A stretch of 64,000 nucleotides of DNA from Blastocatellia bacterium (GTDB lineage Bacteria > Acidobacteriota > Blastocatellia > UBA7656). Every line of letters starts with the position of its first letter. Within the stretch, counting starts at the first letter, position 1. This document shows, piece by piece, positions 20,449-30,985 of this stretch. A model generated the notes under the pieces. It was not told the origin of the DNA and searched no databases. It saw only the letters and a list, made by a program, of their open reading frames with translations. The position numbers and the translations under genes are program-made. The stretch is taken from the NCBI GenBank assembly GCA_963765495.1, contig CAVXWP010000004.1, positions 160,001-224,000 of the forward strand. The letters run 5' to 3'.

Positions 20449-22062
20449 ATGACAACCAATTCAGATTCGGATGAGAACTTAAAACCCGAAGCAGATTCGT
20501 CATCAGACGAATCTGTCAGAGATGAATTCGCCACTACCCCCCTGGCTAAAACCGAGACCAGCGATTTGCCGGAGACGACCGACGCCAAAGCCGAGCCAAC
20601 AGCCGAAGTCGAAACCGAGCCGATAGCTGAGGCCGAGGCCGAGCCGACAGCCGAAGTCGAAACCGAAACGACAACCGAGGCCGAGGAGTCGGATGAGGTG
20701 AAAGCCGTGGCCGAGGAAGAGGCATCATCCGAGGCCGATGACGACGAGGTTTCGGCTGATACTCCCTCGCAGGGCGAGATTGTGAGCAAGGCCCCAAAAC
20801 GCAAGGCCGCAAAGTCGAATTCTGTTTCGGGGAAAGTGATTGCCGCCGTCCTGGTCGTGGTAGCGCTGGCAGGCGGCGGGTTGTGGGCGCAGTGGTCGTC
20901 TTCATCGTCCGGGTCTGTAAGCCTCTCTTCGGCGGATATGGAGATTCTGGTCAATGAGTTGTTCCCGCCCGCGCAGCAAAGCCAGCTCGCATCAGACCCG
21001 GAACAGAAAGGGAAGCTCGTCAAGAACCTCAGACAGATTCTTGCCGTGGCTCAATATGCCGACCAGCACGAGGGCTACGGCAAAAAACCCGAGGTCAAAT
21101 CTCAGATAGACCTTCAATCCGATCTCGTCCTGCGCGAAGCCTACATGAAAAAGAATCCCGGCGCGCAGATGAGCGACGATGAGGTCAACGCATACTTTCA
21201 GGCGCATCCGAATGAATTCAATGAGTTCCTTGATGCCAACCCGCAATACAAACAACAGGCACAGGGGCCGCAGGGCGAGAAGATCAAACGGCAGTACGGC
21301 GAGATAAAGGCGATGGCCGAAAAGGCGCGCAAAGAAGGCATCGATAAAGACCGGGCAACCCAGATACGGCTTCTTCTGGAACGCAGCCAGACGCTTTTTC
21401 AAGCATACATCTCCGATTATAACAAGAATATGGAGAAGCAGAGCACGGACGCCGAAATCGAGCAATATGTAAGAAATCATCAGGACAAGCTCAGACACGT
21501 GCGCCATATCCTTATCAGCACACAGGCACAGGGGCCGGAAGCCGAACCCGATCAGGACAAAGATAAGGCTGCCGCCAAAGGCAAAAAGGAAGAGAAACCC
21601 AAGCAGTTGACCGATGAAGAGGCTCGACAGAAGGCTCAGTCCGTTCTCGACCGTCTTCACAAGGGTGAGAATTTCGCCACACTTGCGAGCGAGTATTCCG
21701 ATGACCAGGGCTCAAAGACAAAGGGCGGAGACCTTGGGTTTGTGACCGAAGACGACCCGCTTGTCCTCGAGTTCAAAAAGGTGGCCTTATCGCTTGAGCC
21801 CGGACAGATGAGCGATCTGGTCAAGACCGAATTCGGTTATCACATAATCAAGGTCGATCCGGTCGATCAGTCGCTTCTGAGCGATCCTGAAACAAAGGAG
21901 AAAATCTCGCAAGAGATCACGAGAGACAAGATCGAGGCACACATAAACGAGATCGTCGCCAACAGTAATGTTCAGGTAGCGGAAAACTTCGAGATAAAAC
22001 CGCAGCCGGCAATGCCTCAGATTATGCCCTCGGTCACTCCGCAGACTCCGCCAACCCACTGA
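20449..22062 (+). CDS. Membrane-anchored parvulin-type peptidyl-prolyl isomerase (PrsA/SurA-like)
   Basis: Acidic low-complexity N-terminus, one TM segment, VRHILI, YSDD.GS..KGGDLG, KTEFGYHII. Confidence 0.9.
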   Translation: MTTNSDSDENLKPEADSSSDESVRDEFATTPLAKTETSDLPETTDAKAEPTAEVETEPIAEAEAEPTAEVETETTTEAEESDEVKAVAEEEASSEADDDEVSADTPSQGEIVSKAPKRKAAKSNSVSGKVIAAVLVVVALAGGGLWAQWSSSSSGSVSLSSADMEILVNELFPPAQQSQLASDPEQKGKLVKNLRQILAVAQYADQHEGYGKKPEVKSQIDLQSDLVLREAYMKKNPGAQMSDDEVNAYFQAHPNEFNEFLDANPQYKQQAQGPQGEKIKRQYGEIKAMAEKARKEGIDKDRATQIRLLLERSQTLFQAYISDYNKNMEKQSTDAEIEQYVRNHQDKLRHVRHILISTQAQGPEAEPDQDKDKAAAKGKKEEKPKQLTDEEARQKAQSVLDRLHKGENFATLASEYSDDQGSKTKGGDLGFVTEDDPLVLEFKKVALSLEPGQMSDLVKTEFGYHIIKVDPVDQSLLSDPETKEKISQEITRDKIEAHINEIVANSNVQVAENFEIKPQPAMPQIMPSVTPQTPPTH

Positions 22063-22084
22063 ACCGGCCCAAAGGATTTGAAGG

Positions 22085-22127
22085 GATGGATCGAGCGTTT
22101 ATAAAAACGCGCTCGATCCATCTTTTT
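22085..22127 (+). terminator. Intrinsic terminator-like hairpin
   Basis: GATGGATCGAGCG...CGCTCGATCCATC followed by TTTTT. Confidence 0.65.
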
Positions 22128-22145
22128 GCCGGGGAAAATAGACCT

Positions 22146-22988
22146 ATGAAATTGGGAGCATACGAAATTGATGTAGTATCTGACGGCACGTTCGCCCTCG
22201 ACGGGGGCGCTATGTTCAGCGTCGTCCCTCGTGTCTTGTGGGAACGGTATTTCCGGCCCGACGATCAGAACCGCATCCGGCTCGGCCTCAATTGCCTGCT
22301 CGTTCGCACAGGTCGTGAAAACGTTTTGATAGACACGGGAATGGGGCGAAAGTGGGATGCTCGGTCGCGCGAAAGATACGGCGTAACAGATGAGACAGAC
22401 TTAATCAGCGAGATTCAAAAACGAGGACTCGCGCCCGAAGATATCGATATAGTCATAAATACTCATCTTCATTTCGATCACGCGGGGACAAATACGATTG
22501 CTCGGAACGGGCGAGTGGAACCTGCATTCCCACGCGCTCGATATTTCGCTCAGAGAGGCGAACTCGAACACGCTCGGTCCCCGCACGAGCGCGACCGCGC
22601 AAGTTATGTTGATGCGGATTTCACCCCCGTAGTCGAAGCCGGGCAATTCGAACTGATAGACGGCGACACCGAAATCGTCCGGGGCATTCGCGCATTGAAG
22701 GTCGCAGGGCACAACCGCGATCTCCAATGCGTCCGCATCGATTCGGAAGGCGAGACGGTCTTTTTCTTCGCCGACCTGTTGCCCACGACCGCGCATGTAT
22801 CGCCCGCCTGGGTCATGAGCTTTGATCTCTATCCGGTCGAAACGCTTGAACAGAAAAAGAGGTTAATCCCTCAGGCAATCGAAGAGAACTGGATTTGTGT
22901 TTTCTATCATTATCCCCATACGCCGATAGGGAGGATCAAAGAGCAGGGCGGAAAATACAGGGTCGAATCTGCTTTACAAGAATTATGA
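22146..22988 (+). CDS. MBL-fold metallo-hydrolase (YtnP-like)
   Basis: LDGGAMFSVVP, THLHFDHAG, GH, ADL. Confidence 0.92.
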   Translation: MKLGAYEIDVVSDGTFALDGGAMFSVVPRVLWERYFRPDDQNRIRLGLNCLLVRTGRENVLIDTGMGRKWDARSRERYGVTDETDLISEIQKRGLAPEDIDIVINTHLHFDHAGTNTIARNGRVEPAFPRARYFAQRGELEHARSPHERDRASYVDADFTPVVEAGQFELIDGDTEIVRGIRALKVAGHNRDLQCVRIDSEGETVFFFADLLPTTAHVSPAWVMSFDLYPVETLEQKKRLIPQAIEENWICVFYHYPHTPIGRIKEQGGKYRVESALQEL

Positions 22989-23064
22989 ATTTTGAGTTAT
23001 GAGTTTTGAATTTTAAGTTTCAGACTCCTCAAAATCCAAAACTCATAACTCAAAATTCAAAACT
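22981..23064. repeat. Inverted heptamer array (TTWTGAR)n...(YTCAWAA)n containing the MBL stop
   Basis: aattatgaattttgagttatgagttttgaatttt...aaaactcataactcaaaattcaaaact. Confidence 0.82.
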
Positions 23065-23086
23065 AATTTTTCAGGAGGCATACAAA

Positions 23087-23959
23087 TTGTCACAGGCAAA
23101 GACAGGTGTGATAGGCGGAAGCGGGCTGTACAAGATGGATGCCCTTACCGATGTCGAAGAGGTTGAAATAGCAACACCGTTCGGCAAACCATCCGATGCT
23201 TTTATAGTCGGGAGCCTCGACGGCAACCGCGTAGCCTTTTTGCCGCGCCACGGTCGAGGTCATCACTTGCTGCCTACCGAGATACCGTTTCGCGCAAACA
23301 TCTACGCTATGAAATTGCTTGGCGTGGAGAGAATAATATCGGCAAGCGCGGTCGGCTCACTCAGAGAAGATGTGAAGCCGATGGATATAGTCCTGCCGGA
23401 TCAATTTTTTGATCGGACCCGCCATCGCATCTCCACTTTTTTCGGCGAAGGGATAGCCGCGCACGTAGCGATGGCCGACCCCGTATGCCACGATCTGTGC
23501 GATGTGCTTGAAAGCGTAGGTCGCCAGTCTCTCGAAGGCACAGACATTCATCGAGGCGGGACTTATCTGTGCATGGAGGGACCGGCATTTTCTACGCGGG
23601 CGGAATCGGAAGTCTATCGCTCGTGGGGGATGAAGATAATCGGCATGACGAACCTTCAGGAAGCAAAGCTTGCGCGCGAAGCCGAGATTTGCTACGCCAC
23701 GGTGGCGCTTGTGACCGATTACGACTGCTGGCACCCGGATCACGATTCGGTGACGGTCGATATGGTGATTGAGTATCTGAACAAAAATTCCGCAAACGCT
23801 CAACGGCTGATAGCAGGGGCGGTCAAGCGATTGGCCGACGAGGAGCGCGCGTGCAAATGCGGCGATTCTCTGCGATATGCTATCATTACGGCGCGTGAAA
23901 AGATCGCTCCAGAAACCCGGAATCGGCTCGAAGCGATCATCGGTAAATATGTAAATTGA
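23087..23959 (+). CDS. mtnP: S-methyl-5'-thioadenosine phosphorylase
   Basis: [38 protein letters not shown]; TTG start after AGGAGG. Confidence 0.94.
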   Translation: MSQAKTGVIGGSGLYKMDALTDVEEVEIATPFGKPSDAFIVGSLDGNRVAFLPRHGRGHHLLPTEIPFRANIYAMKLLGVERIISASAVGSLREDVKPMDIVLPDQFFDRTRHRISTFFGEGIAAHVAMADPVCHDLCDVLESVGRQSLEGTDIHRGGTYLCMEGPAFSTRAESEVYRSWGMKIIGMTNLQEAKLAREAEICYATVALVTDYDCWHPDHDSVTVDMVIEYLNKNSANAQRLIAGAVKRLADEERACKCGDSLRYAIITAREKIAPETRNRLEAIIGKYVN

Positions 23960-23976
23960 ACTTGAGAGGTTGTTTT

Positions 23977-24393
23977 ATGTCAGGCATGAAGTCTATTGCC
24001 GGAGCATTTGTTTTTATCCTGGCGGTCGGCTGTCTAGCAGCTCTCGCGCAGGGGCCTGCGCGCGGGCGAATAGAGGAGCCACGCGATCCCGAACTGGAAA
24101 TTACGGCGAGGCACAACCTTGATGTGGCGCGGTGGTATATCACCAAGCGCAAGGCATATCAGGGCGGCCTCGACCGTCTCAAAGAGATCGTAGAAACCTA
24201 TCCCGACTTCTCAGGCATGGATGAGGTCGTATATTGGATGGGAGAAGCTAACCTGAAACTGGATAAACCTGAAATAGCCGTTACCTTCTATAAGCAACTG
24301 GTAAAGGATTATCCTGAAAGCCAACTTGTAAAAAAGGCGCGAGAGCGCCTTGATGAATTGAAACAGGTGACAGAGAAAAGGGCCAGGAGCTGA
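23977..24393 (+). CDS. BamD/YfiO-like small TPR protein
   Basis: Signal peptide; ARWY...AY..DRL..I..YP.F and LVKDYPES. Confidence 0.7.
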   Translation: MSGMKSIAGAFVFILAVGCLAALAQGPARGRIEEPRDPELEITARHNLDVARWYITKRKAYQGGLDRLKEIVETYPDFSGMDEVVYWMGEANLKLDKPEIAVTFYKQLVKDYPESQLVKKARERLDELKQVTEKRARS

Positions 24394-24451
24394 AAGCCAG
24401 GAGCAAAGGGCCAGGGGCAAAGGGCTAGGGGCAAAGGGCTAGGGGCAAAGG
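24380..24451 (+). repeat. Tandem 14-mer (2x7) repeat GGGCYAGGGGCAAA
   Basis: Visible tandem copies starting at the 3' end of the BamD-like gene. Confidence 0.8.
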
Positions 24452-24606
24452 ACCATTTAATTCCTGGAAAATTCTTAGCGTGCTAAGCGTGCTTTGCGGC
24501 TTTGCGAGAAATAGATAAACGCAAAGTCGCAAAGCGCGCTATGTCTCACCGGGCAATCAGTGTTTTTTTGTCCTGCTCTTCACCCTGTCACCTGAGAGGA
24601 AAATCA

Positions 24607-25548
24607 ATGTCCATACTTGTCGTGGGGTCGGTGGCCTTTGACTCAATAAAGACACCTTTCGGAGAAAAAGAGCATATCATCGGCGGATCGGCGACCTATT
24701 TCAGCGTCGCCGCTTCTTTTTTTACAGACGTTCGCGTAGTGGCAGTAGTCGGAGACGACTTCGGGCCGGATGAGGAAGCCGTCTTCCGCGGGCGAGATAT
24801 AGATATTTCGGATCTGGAGCGGGTGACCGGTCAGCCGAGTTTCCATTGGAGGGGCGAGTACGGCTATGACCTCAACGTGGCCCACACGCTCGATACGCAA
24901 TTAAACGTCTTTGCTGATTTCAAACCAAAGCTTTCGGATGCAGCCCGCAAAGCGCCTTACCTCTTTCTGGGGAACATACAGCCGCAGTTGCAGGTCGAAG
25001 TGCGCGAGCAGGTTGGGGCTCGCGTAGTCGCCGCAGATACCATGAATTACTGGATAGAAAAGACGCCAGGTGAGTTACGCGAGATGCTCAGGCACATAGA
25101 TATTTTAATCATCAACGACACCGAAGCCAGAGAGCTTGCCGGGGAAGCAAACCTCGTGCGCGCTGCCCGGCGCGTGCTCACGATGGGGCCGAAACGCCTG
25201 GTTGTGAAACGCGGCGAATACGGCGCGGCGATGTTTACCGAGGATTCTTACTTCGCCACGCCAGCCTATCCGCTCGAAGAAGTGTTCGATCCTACGGGCG
25301 CGGGAGACAGTTTCGCGGGCGGATTTATGGGATACCTCGCCGCCACGCAGGTATCCGATGACGCCGCCTGCCGTCGGGCGATCATTTACGGCTCGGTGAT
25401 GGCATCCTTCAACGTGGAAGAGTTCAGTTGCGAGCGGATGCGTCGCCTGACCCACGACGAGATAAGCTCTCGTTTCCGTGAGCTTCTGGCGATCACACAT
25501 TTTGAAGAGGCAGAGATGCCGCGTCGTCTGGTCAGCAGCGCAGATTGA
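24607..25548 (+). CDS. PfkB family carbohydrate/nucleoside kinase
   Basis: GGSATY, DTMNYWI, VKRGEYG, DPTGAGDSFAGG. Confidence 0.93.
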   Translation: MSILVVGSVAFDSIKTPFGEKEHIIGGSATYFSVAASFFTDVRVVAVVGDDFGPDEEAVFRGRDIDISDLERVTGQPSFHWRGEYGYDLNVAHTLDTQLNVFADFKPKLSDAARKAPYLFLGNIQPQLQVEVREQVGARVVAADTMNYWIEKTPGELREMLRHIDILIINDTEARELAGEANLVRAARRVLTMGPKRLVVKRGEYGAAMFTEDSYFATPAYPLEEVFDPTGAGDSFAGGFMGYLAATQVSDDAACRRAIIYGSVMASFNVEEFSCERMRRLTHDEISSRFRELLAITHFEEAEMPRRLVSSAD

Positions 25549-25580
25549 GCGGGCAGATCGAGAGGAGAACTGCGCCGCAA

Positions 25581-25988
25581 TCATTCAGGCATACAGATTT
25601 TACAGGGCTTGAGGCCGCGTCTTATCGCGGCTTCTTCGCTGAGCGCGCTACGGTCACAGCTTGAGGGCAGATGTGTTGAGTTATGGTAAAATTCGCCGTC
25701 TCCCGCACACGAATAGACCAGCCGAACCGGTGCAGATAGCCGTTTGACTTCGGGGCCTTCGAGCTTTTTCACCTGCACGGCGGTTGTAGCCGCGTCAGCC
25801 GTCGTAATCACAGACGGCTTTTCAGCCGCCTGATTGTCGGCAGTTCCGGTCATCTCGGCTTTCAGATAACAGACGGCCACCCATCCGGCGACAAGCAGGA
25901 CGGTAAACGCTGTTAAAGAGACAAGTTTATTGATTATCAGCAGAGGGTGGGTACTGCGTAAAGGGCTTCTAGCTTGGAGGCCTGCCAC
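25581..25988 (-). CDS. Membrane-anchored hypothetical protein with C-terminal Ada-like Cys/His metal motif
   Basis: One TM helix; YH...C...A...G..PCKICMP. Confidence 0.65.
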   Translation of the reverse strand: MAGLQARSPLRSTHPLLIINKLVSLTAFTVLLVAGWVAVCYLKAEMTGTADNQAAEKPSVITTADAATTAVQVKKLEGPEVKRLSAPVRLVYSCAGDGEFYHNSTHLPSSCDRSALSEEAAIRRGLKPCKICMPE

Positions 25989-26128
25989 AGATTACGCTCC
26001 TTTCGAGTGCTTCAATAAGGTATCTTTGGAAGCGTGGAAGGTATCATGGCGAGATAATCGAGTCAAGTGATAATTTACACGAAAAGCCCGCGCCGGTCGG
26101 GCCGGAGTTTGCCGAGATGGTGAGCGAA

Positions 26129-26977
26129 ATGAGATTTACAAAGATACAAGCTCTGGGAAATGACTTCCTGATAATCCCGGTTGATGATGTAACCGCGCTT
26201 TCAAATCCAGGCGAGATGGCCAGAGAGATGTGTGGGCGCAATTACGGCGCGGGCGCTGACGGCATTGTATTTGTCGCGCGGTCTCAGAATCAGGCGGCCG
26301 ATTTCACATCACGCATCTTCAACGCCGATGGAAGCGAAGCCGAAATTTCAGGCAATGGAACCCGGTGCGTGGCCGCATATGTCTATCACTCGGATTTGTG
26401 GAACGGGCCGAGCGTCAGAATAGAGACGGTGGTGGGGGTAAAAGAAGGCCGTCTGGCCGGACGTGAAGCCACGCGCTTCGAGTTCGAGTTCGATATGGGA
26501 GAGCCGCGATTTTCGAGCCTTGACCTGCAAATGACGCTTGATGAACCGCTCGCTGAGGTTGTCGGCTTTCCGCTCAAAGTCGGCCAGAACACTTTCGAAG
26601 TGACATGCGTTTCTATGGGAAACCCGCACTGTTCATTGTTTCTGCAAGGTACGCAAAGCATCAATCCCGATGAGACAGGCCCGCGCATCGAAAACCACCC
26701 GCTCTTTTCAAATCGCACAAACGTAGAGTTTGTAAGAGTGATCTCGCCCGATGAGATCGAAGTCTCATTCTGGGAGCGCGGGGTCGGGCGCACGCTCTCT
26801 TCCGGGACAGGCTCAAGCGCAGCTTCGGTAGCCGCTATGTTGAACAACCTCACCGGGCGCGACATCCGTGTGCGCACACCGGGCGGCAACCTCAGAGTCG
26901 AATGGCGCGCCGATAACAGGGTGATGCTCACAGGCGAGGCGGAAGTGATCTATGAAGGGCGCTGGTTGAAAGCGTGA
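26129..26977 (+). CDS. dapF: Diaminopimelate epimerase (both catalytic Cys replaced by Ser)
   Basis: GNDF, GADG, NADGSEAEISGNG, MGNPH, NVEF, ERGVGRTLSSGTG. Confidence 0.88.
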   Translation: MRFTKIQALGNDFLIIPVDDVTALSNPGEMAREMCGRNYGAGADGIVFVARSQNQAADFTSRIFNADGSEAEISGNGTRCVAAYVYHSDLWNGPSVRIETVVGVKEGRLAGREATRFEFEFDMGEPRFSSLDLQMTLDEPLAEVVGFPLKVGQNTFEVTCVSMGNPHCSLFLQGTQSINPDETGPRIENHPLFSNRTNVEFVRVISPDEIEVSFWERGVGRTLSSGTGSSAASVAAMLNNLTGRDIRVRTPGGNLRVEWRADNRVMLTGEAEVIYEGRWLKA

Positions 26978-27096
26978 TGCGCTCCACGATTACTATTGCG
27001 CATCAATGGTCGGGATAATATTATACTGAGCGGGCCTCGCGAGGTCTGGAGTTAATTATGCCTCTAGGACGCGGAGGCCGGTCAGGTGGGGGATCA

Positions 27097-27465
27097 ATGG
27101 CTTTTTGCCCAAACTGTGAAGCTGAGTACAAAGAAGGTATTAACGTTTGCCCTGATTGCAATATGGAGCTTGTCGCCGAGCTTACCGAAGCAAACAAGGT
27201 CCACGACACGAGCGATGGTGAACCCGTGGCGCTGCAATCTTTCAAGTCGAGCGCCGAGGCCGAAATGGTTCACGAAGTTCTCGCCTCAAATAATGTGCGT
27301 TCTTTTGTTCAGGGAGGCAATTTCGCTGTAATACCCGGCAGCTTTTCACAGGAAGTCGTCGTCATGGTTGACGAGCGAGACCTTCCACGCGCAATCGAAA
27401 TCTACGAAGCCTATTTCAACGCCGAATCATCTGCCCCTGAAGAAGAAACCGAAGACGAACAGTGA
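27097..27465 (+). CDS. Zn-ribbon plus DUF2007-like putative signal-transducing protein
   Basis: FCPNCEAEY...CPDC and EAEMV...L...V; acidic tail. Confidence 0.75.
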   Translation: MAFCPNCEAEYKEGINVCPDCNMELVAELTEANKVHDTSDGEPVALQSFKSSAEAEMVHEVLASNNVRSFVQGGNFAVIPGSFSQEVVVMVDERDLPRAIEIYEAYFNAESSAPEEETEDEQ

Positions 27466-27532
27466 CGCCCGGCGCTCGTGATGAAAATCGAATCCCTGGC
27501 GACTCACTTCGTGGTTCTTGAGGGGGTCTGTC

Positions 27533-28627
27533 ATGAAGAATCTCTTCCGTAATCTCTTTTTGTTTTCAATCGTAGCGGGACTCGCGTCTCTTGCGCACGC
27601 GCAGGATGGGCCAACGAGGGCTGAATTCGAATGTCTGTCGATGGCCAATTCGTCGAAGCTGGCCGTGCCTGGAGAACCGGGCCGCTCCGCATCATTTCAT
27701 CACGTCTGGTTGCCCGAGCTAAAGCAGGGCACTTTCGAGTCGAACGGGCTGAACCTGCTTTATGACATGGAAGGCACGGGCAGCGAGGTCGTCATCGTAG
27801 TGCATGGCGGGCCGGGTCTGCCGCACGAATATTTTCATCCGGCGCTTTCGTCTCTGGGGCCGTATGTGACGCTGGTTTATTTCGACCGCCGGGCCGATAT
27901 GCTCAGCACTCGCTCTTTGCACGAGCCGGTCTCTCTTGATGAGATGGCCGACGACATAGACGCCTTGCGGCAGAAGCTTGGATTGAGCCGGGTCACGCTG
28001 CTCGGACACAGCTTCGGAGGCGCGATTGCGCTTACCTATGCATTGAAGCATCCCGAAAATGTCAAACGGCTCATCCTCGTAGGCACGTCTGCCGTACTGG
28101 AAAATCCTGCTGATATTGAGAAGCGAATGATGAAATCGCTCTCGCCCGACGAGATGGCAGCCTTCAGTTCGAACGAGGGGCGGACGGGCGCAGGGTCTCC
28201 GTGCGATAGGGTGCGCAATCGCTATCGCGCGCTCTTTCCGCATTATTTTCTTCACAAGCCTGATGCGGTCACGCTTGATCGCGGAACCTACATGGCATAC
28301 TTCGACATGCTGGCAAGGAAGCAGATGGCCGCAGACGACAAAGACAGATTCGATGTTCGCGCCCAGCTGGGCCAGATCGATGTGCCGGTGCTGATCCTGG
28401 AGGGTCGCTACGATCAGGTAACACCGCTCGGATATTCGTCTGAAATGGCAAAGGAGTTGCCGCAATCCAGACTCGTTGTGATGGAGCATAGCGGGCACTT
28501 CCCTTTCACCGAAGAGAATTACCTCTTCACCGAATGGGTGCGTATGTTTATCAACGGGACGAAAGACAGATACGATGACAGGGCAAGCACGCAGCCGATC
28601 ATAACTCAGACCGACGGCTCGAACTAG
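27533..28627 (+). CDS. Exported alpha/beta hydrolase (proline iminopeptidase-like)
   Basis: HGGPG, GHSFGG, GRYD, SGH; signal peptide. Confidence 0.9.
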   Translation: MKNLFRNLFLFSIVAGLASLAHAQDGPTRAEFECLSMANSSKLAVPGEPGRSASFHHVWLPELKQGTFESNGLNLLYDMEGTGSEVVIVVHGGPGLPHEYFHPALSSLGPYVTLVYFDRRADMLSTRSLHEPVSLDEMADDIDALRQKLGLSRVTLLGHSFGGAIALTYALKHPENVKRLILVGTSAVLENPADIEKRMMKSLSPDEMAAFSSNEGRTGAGSPCDRVRNRYRALFPHYFLHKPDAVTLDRGTYMAYFDMLARKQMAADDKDRFDVRAQLGQIDVPVLILEGRYDQVTPLGYSSEMAKELPQSRLVVMEHSGHFPFTEENYLFTEWVRMFINGTKDRYDDRASTQPIITQTDGSN

Positions 28628-28649
28628 AATTTCTATCGGTTAAAAACAT

Positions 28650-28694
28650 GATGGACAGGATATGGTGAATCGAAGAAAATATCCTGTCCATTTT
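28650..28694 (+). terminator. Terminator-like hairpin
   Basis: ATGGACAGGATAT...ATATCCTGTCCAT followed by a T-rich tract. Confidence 0.55.
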
Positions 28695-28720
28695 ATTTAT
28701 TTCCGATTCGGGTTTTGCCA

Positions 28721-29059
28721 ATGAGCGATGAGCTTATAGTCTTTGTGACGGTCCCAAACGACGAAGAAGCCCGGCGCGTAAGCGAAACGGTAGTCTCTGA
28801 ACATCTGGCCGCCTGCGTCAACATACTTCCCGCAATCGAATCAATCTACTGGTGGGAAGACAAAGTAACACGCGACCGCGAGCTTCTGCTTATAATCAAA
28901 ACAACCGGCGACCGTTACGCTGAACTTGAGCGCCGAATCAAGGAGCTTCACAGCTACACCACGCCCGAAGTGATTGCATTCAAGATAGAGCGGGGTTCGG
29001 AGGCTTATCTGAAATGGCTCAGGGAGGCTATCGCACGGGGTGAGGCGAAAGACAATTAG
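28721..29059 (+). CDS. cutA: Divalent-cation tolerance protein CutA
   Basis: LAACVN, SIYWW, HSYTTPE. Confidence 0.93.
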   Translation: MSDELIVFVTVPNDEEARRVSETVVSEHLAACVNILPAIESIYWWEDKVTRDRELLLIIKTTGDRYAELERRIKELHSYTTPEVIAFKIERGSEAYLKWLREAIARGEAKDN

Positions 29060-29087
29060 CTTTCACGGTGTCTTATTGCAAAGGGGA

Positions 29088-29123
29088 ATAGGCCGCGTAT
29101 GACACGGATGCGGCCTATTTTTT
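29088..29123. terminator. Hairpin between convergent cutA and purH, derived from a repeat family
   Basis: AATAGGCCGC...GCGGCCTATT followed by T's. Confidence 0.65.
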
Positions 29124-29141
29124 CCCGCCTCATTTTGATTT

Positions 29142-30731
29142 TCAATGCTTGAAATGGCGCATACCTGTAAACACCATAGCAATGTTATGCTCATTGGCCG
29201 CTGTTATTACTTCTTCATCGCGCACGGAACCGCCGGGCTGGATTACTGCGGTGACGCCCGAACGCGCCGCCTCGTCAATCCCATCGCGGAACGGAAAAAA
29301 TGCATCTGAGGCGAGCACGGTTCCTTCGAGCGGCAACTGCGCTTTCATCGCTCCTATCTTAGCCGAATCAACCCGGCTCATCTGCCCCGCGCCTACGCCA
29401 ACCAGTTGCCCTTCGCGAGCATAGACTATGGCGTTTGACTTGACGTGTTTTGCGATAATCCACGCAAACAGCAAGGCTCGCATCTCTTCATTCGTAGGGT
29501 CTCTATGCGTCACGACCCTGAGGTCGCCTTCGTCCAGAGTTCCACGGTCGCGGTCCTGAACCAGCAAACCGCCGCTGATCATGCGAAGGTCGTAAGGCGC
29601 TTCGCCGCCCGCTCCTTCGCCCATTCGCATCACCCGCAGGTTCTTTTTAGCAGCGAGCGCCTGAATCGCCCCCGGTTCATAATCGGGCGCGATGATCGCC
29701 TCAAAAAAAGTCTCGGCAATAGCGCGGGCCGCATCTGCTGTGACAACGCGGTTGAAGCCTATGATGCCGCCAAATGCCGAAACCGGGTCCGTAGCCCTGG
29801 CTTTCTCGAAGACCTCGCGCGCGTCCTCGCCCGTAGCGGCTCCGCACGGATTCGTGTGCTTTATTATTACCGTGGCGAGGTCACCAAATTCCGACACGAG
29901 CGCCCACGCGGCATCAAGGTCAATCAGATTATTGTAAGAGAGCTCCTTGCCCTGAAGTTGTTCGGCGCAGGCCACTCCGCCTTCCGAGTCATATGGAACA
30001 TAGAGCGCCGCCCGCTGATGCGGGTTTTCGCCGTATCGCAGATTTTCGCGCTTCTTGGCAAAGAGCGTGAATCTGGCGGGCAGGTTTTCGGTCTTCTCTA
30101 CTCGCAGGGCTTCCGATTCAGCGTCCATGACGACCGCGCCCACCAGGAATTCCGAAATCGCGGCATCATATTGCGAGGTCGCTTCAAAGGCATGTCGGGC
30201 AAGCCGCAGCCGAGTCAGGCGAGACACAGCGCCGTCGCCTGCGTCCATCTCGTCGGCTATGACCGGATAATCGCCAGGCGAGACTACAACGGCGACATCC
30301 TCGAAATTTTTGGCCGCCGACCGAATCATCGAAGGGCCGCCGATATCTATGTTCTCTATGGCCTCTTCCACCCTAACATCGGCGCGGGCAACGGTCTCGC
30401 GGAACGGGTAGAGGTTCACAACTACCATGTCGATGTATTCGATATGGTTCTCTTCCACCTGCAAGCGGTGGGTTTCATCATCGCGAACGGCCAGTATTCC
30501 GCCATGAACTTTCGGGTGCAGAGTCTTGACTCTCCCGCCGAGTATTTCGGGGAACCCGGTCAAATCCGACACATCGCGGACCTCAAGCCCTGCCTCCCTT
30601 AACATCCGAGCGGTCCCTCCCGTCGAAACGAGTTCTACCGAGTGGCCGCTCAACCGCCGGGCAAATTCTACCAATCCGGCTTTATCCGATACGCTTATCA
30701 GCGCGCGTTTGATCTTCTTCAAAATTGACAC
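29142..30731 (-). CDS. purH: Bifunctional AICAR transformylase/IMP cyclohydrolase
   Basis: [49 protein letters not shown]. Confidence 0.98.
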   Translation of the reverse strand: MSILKKIKRALISVSDKAGLVEFARRLSGHSVELVSTGGTARMLREAGLEVRDVSDLTGFPEILGGRVKTLHPKVHGGILAVRDDETHRLQVEENHIEYIDMVVVNLYPFRETVARADVRVEEAIENIDIGGPSMIRSAAKNFEDVAVVVSPGDYPVIADEMDAGDGAVSRLTRLRLARHAFEATSQYDAAISEFLVGAVVMDAESEALRVEKTENLPARFTLFAKKRENLRYGENPHQRAALYVPYDSEGGVACAEQLQGKELSYNNLIDLDAAWALVSEFGDLATVIIKHTNPCGAATGEDAREVFEKARATDPVSAFGGIIGFNRVVTADAARAIAETFFEAIIAPDYEPGAIQALAAKKNLRVMRMGEGAGGEAPYDLRMISGGLLVQDRDRGTLDEGDLRVVTHRDPTNEEMRALLFAWIIAKHVKSNAIVYAREGQLVGVGAGQMSRVDSAKIGAMKAQLPLEGTVLASDAFFPFRDGIDEAARSGVTAVIQPGGSVRDEEVITAANEHNIAMVFTGMRHFKH

Positions 30732-30985
30732 CTCTCAAGCTGGAAAAAGAAAAAGACAGGCAATTCACTTGTTGAGACAATTGAAGCGCCCGCCACGATT
30801 TCCTACTATTATGGATATATGTCCTGTCACCTTCGATCAGAAACTAAAGATTCAAAAATTGCTCGAAACGAACTGTACAATATCACAGTTGCGGCGAGGA
30901 TCAAATTCGTTTCAGAGCAGGCGAGTTGCCCTGCTCTTAGCGCGCAGCTATACTTTTCGGCTTTCAGGACCAGGGGAGGGAAATA

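Noticed and set aside
30874-30887. TGTACAATATCACA as a sixth Crp-type site
   Set aside because: The spacing is 2 nt shorter than the 16-bp consensus and it lies far from the island.
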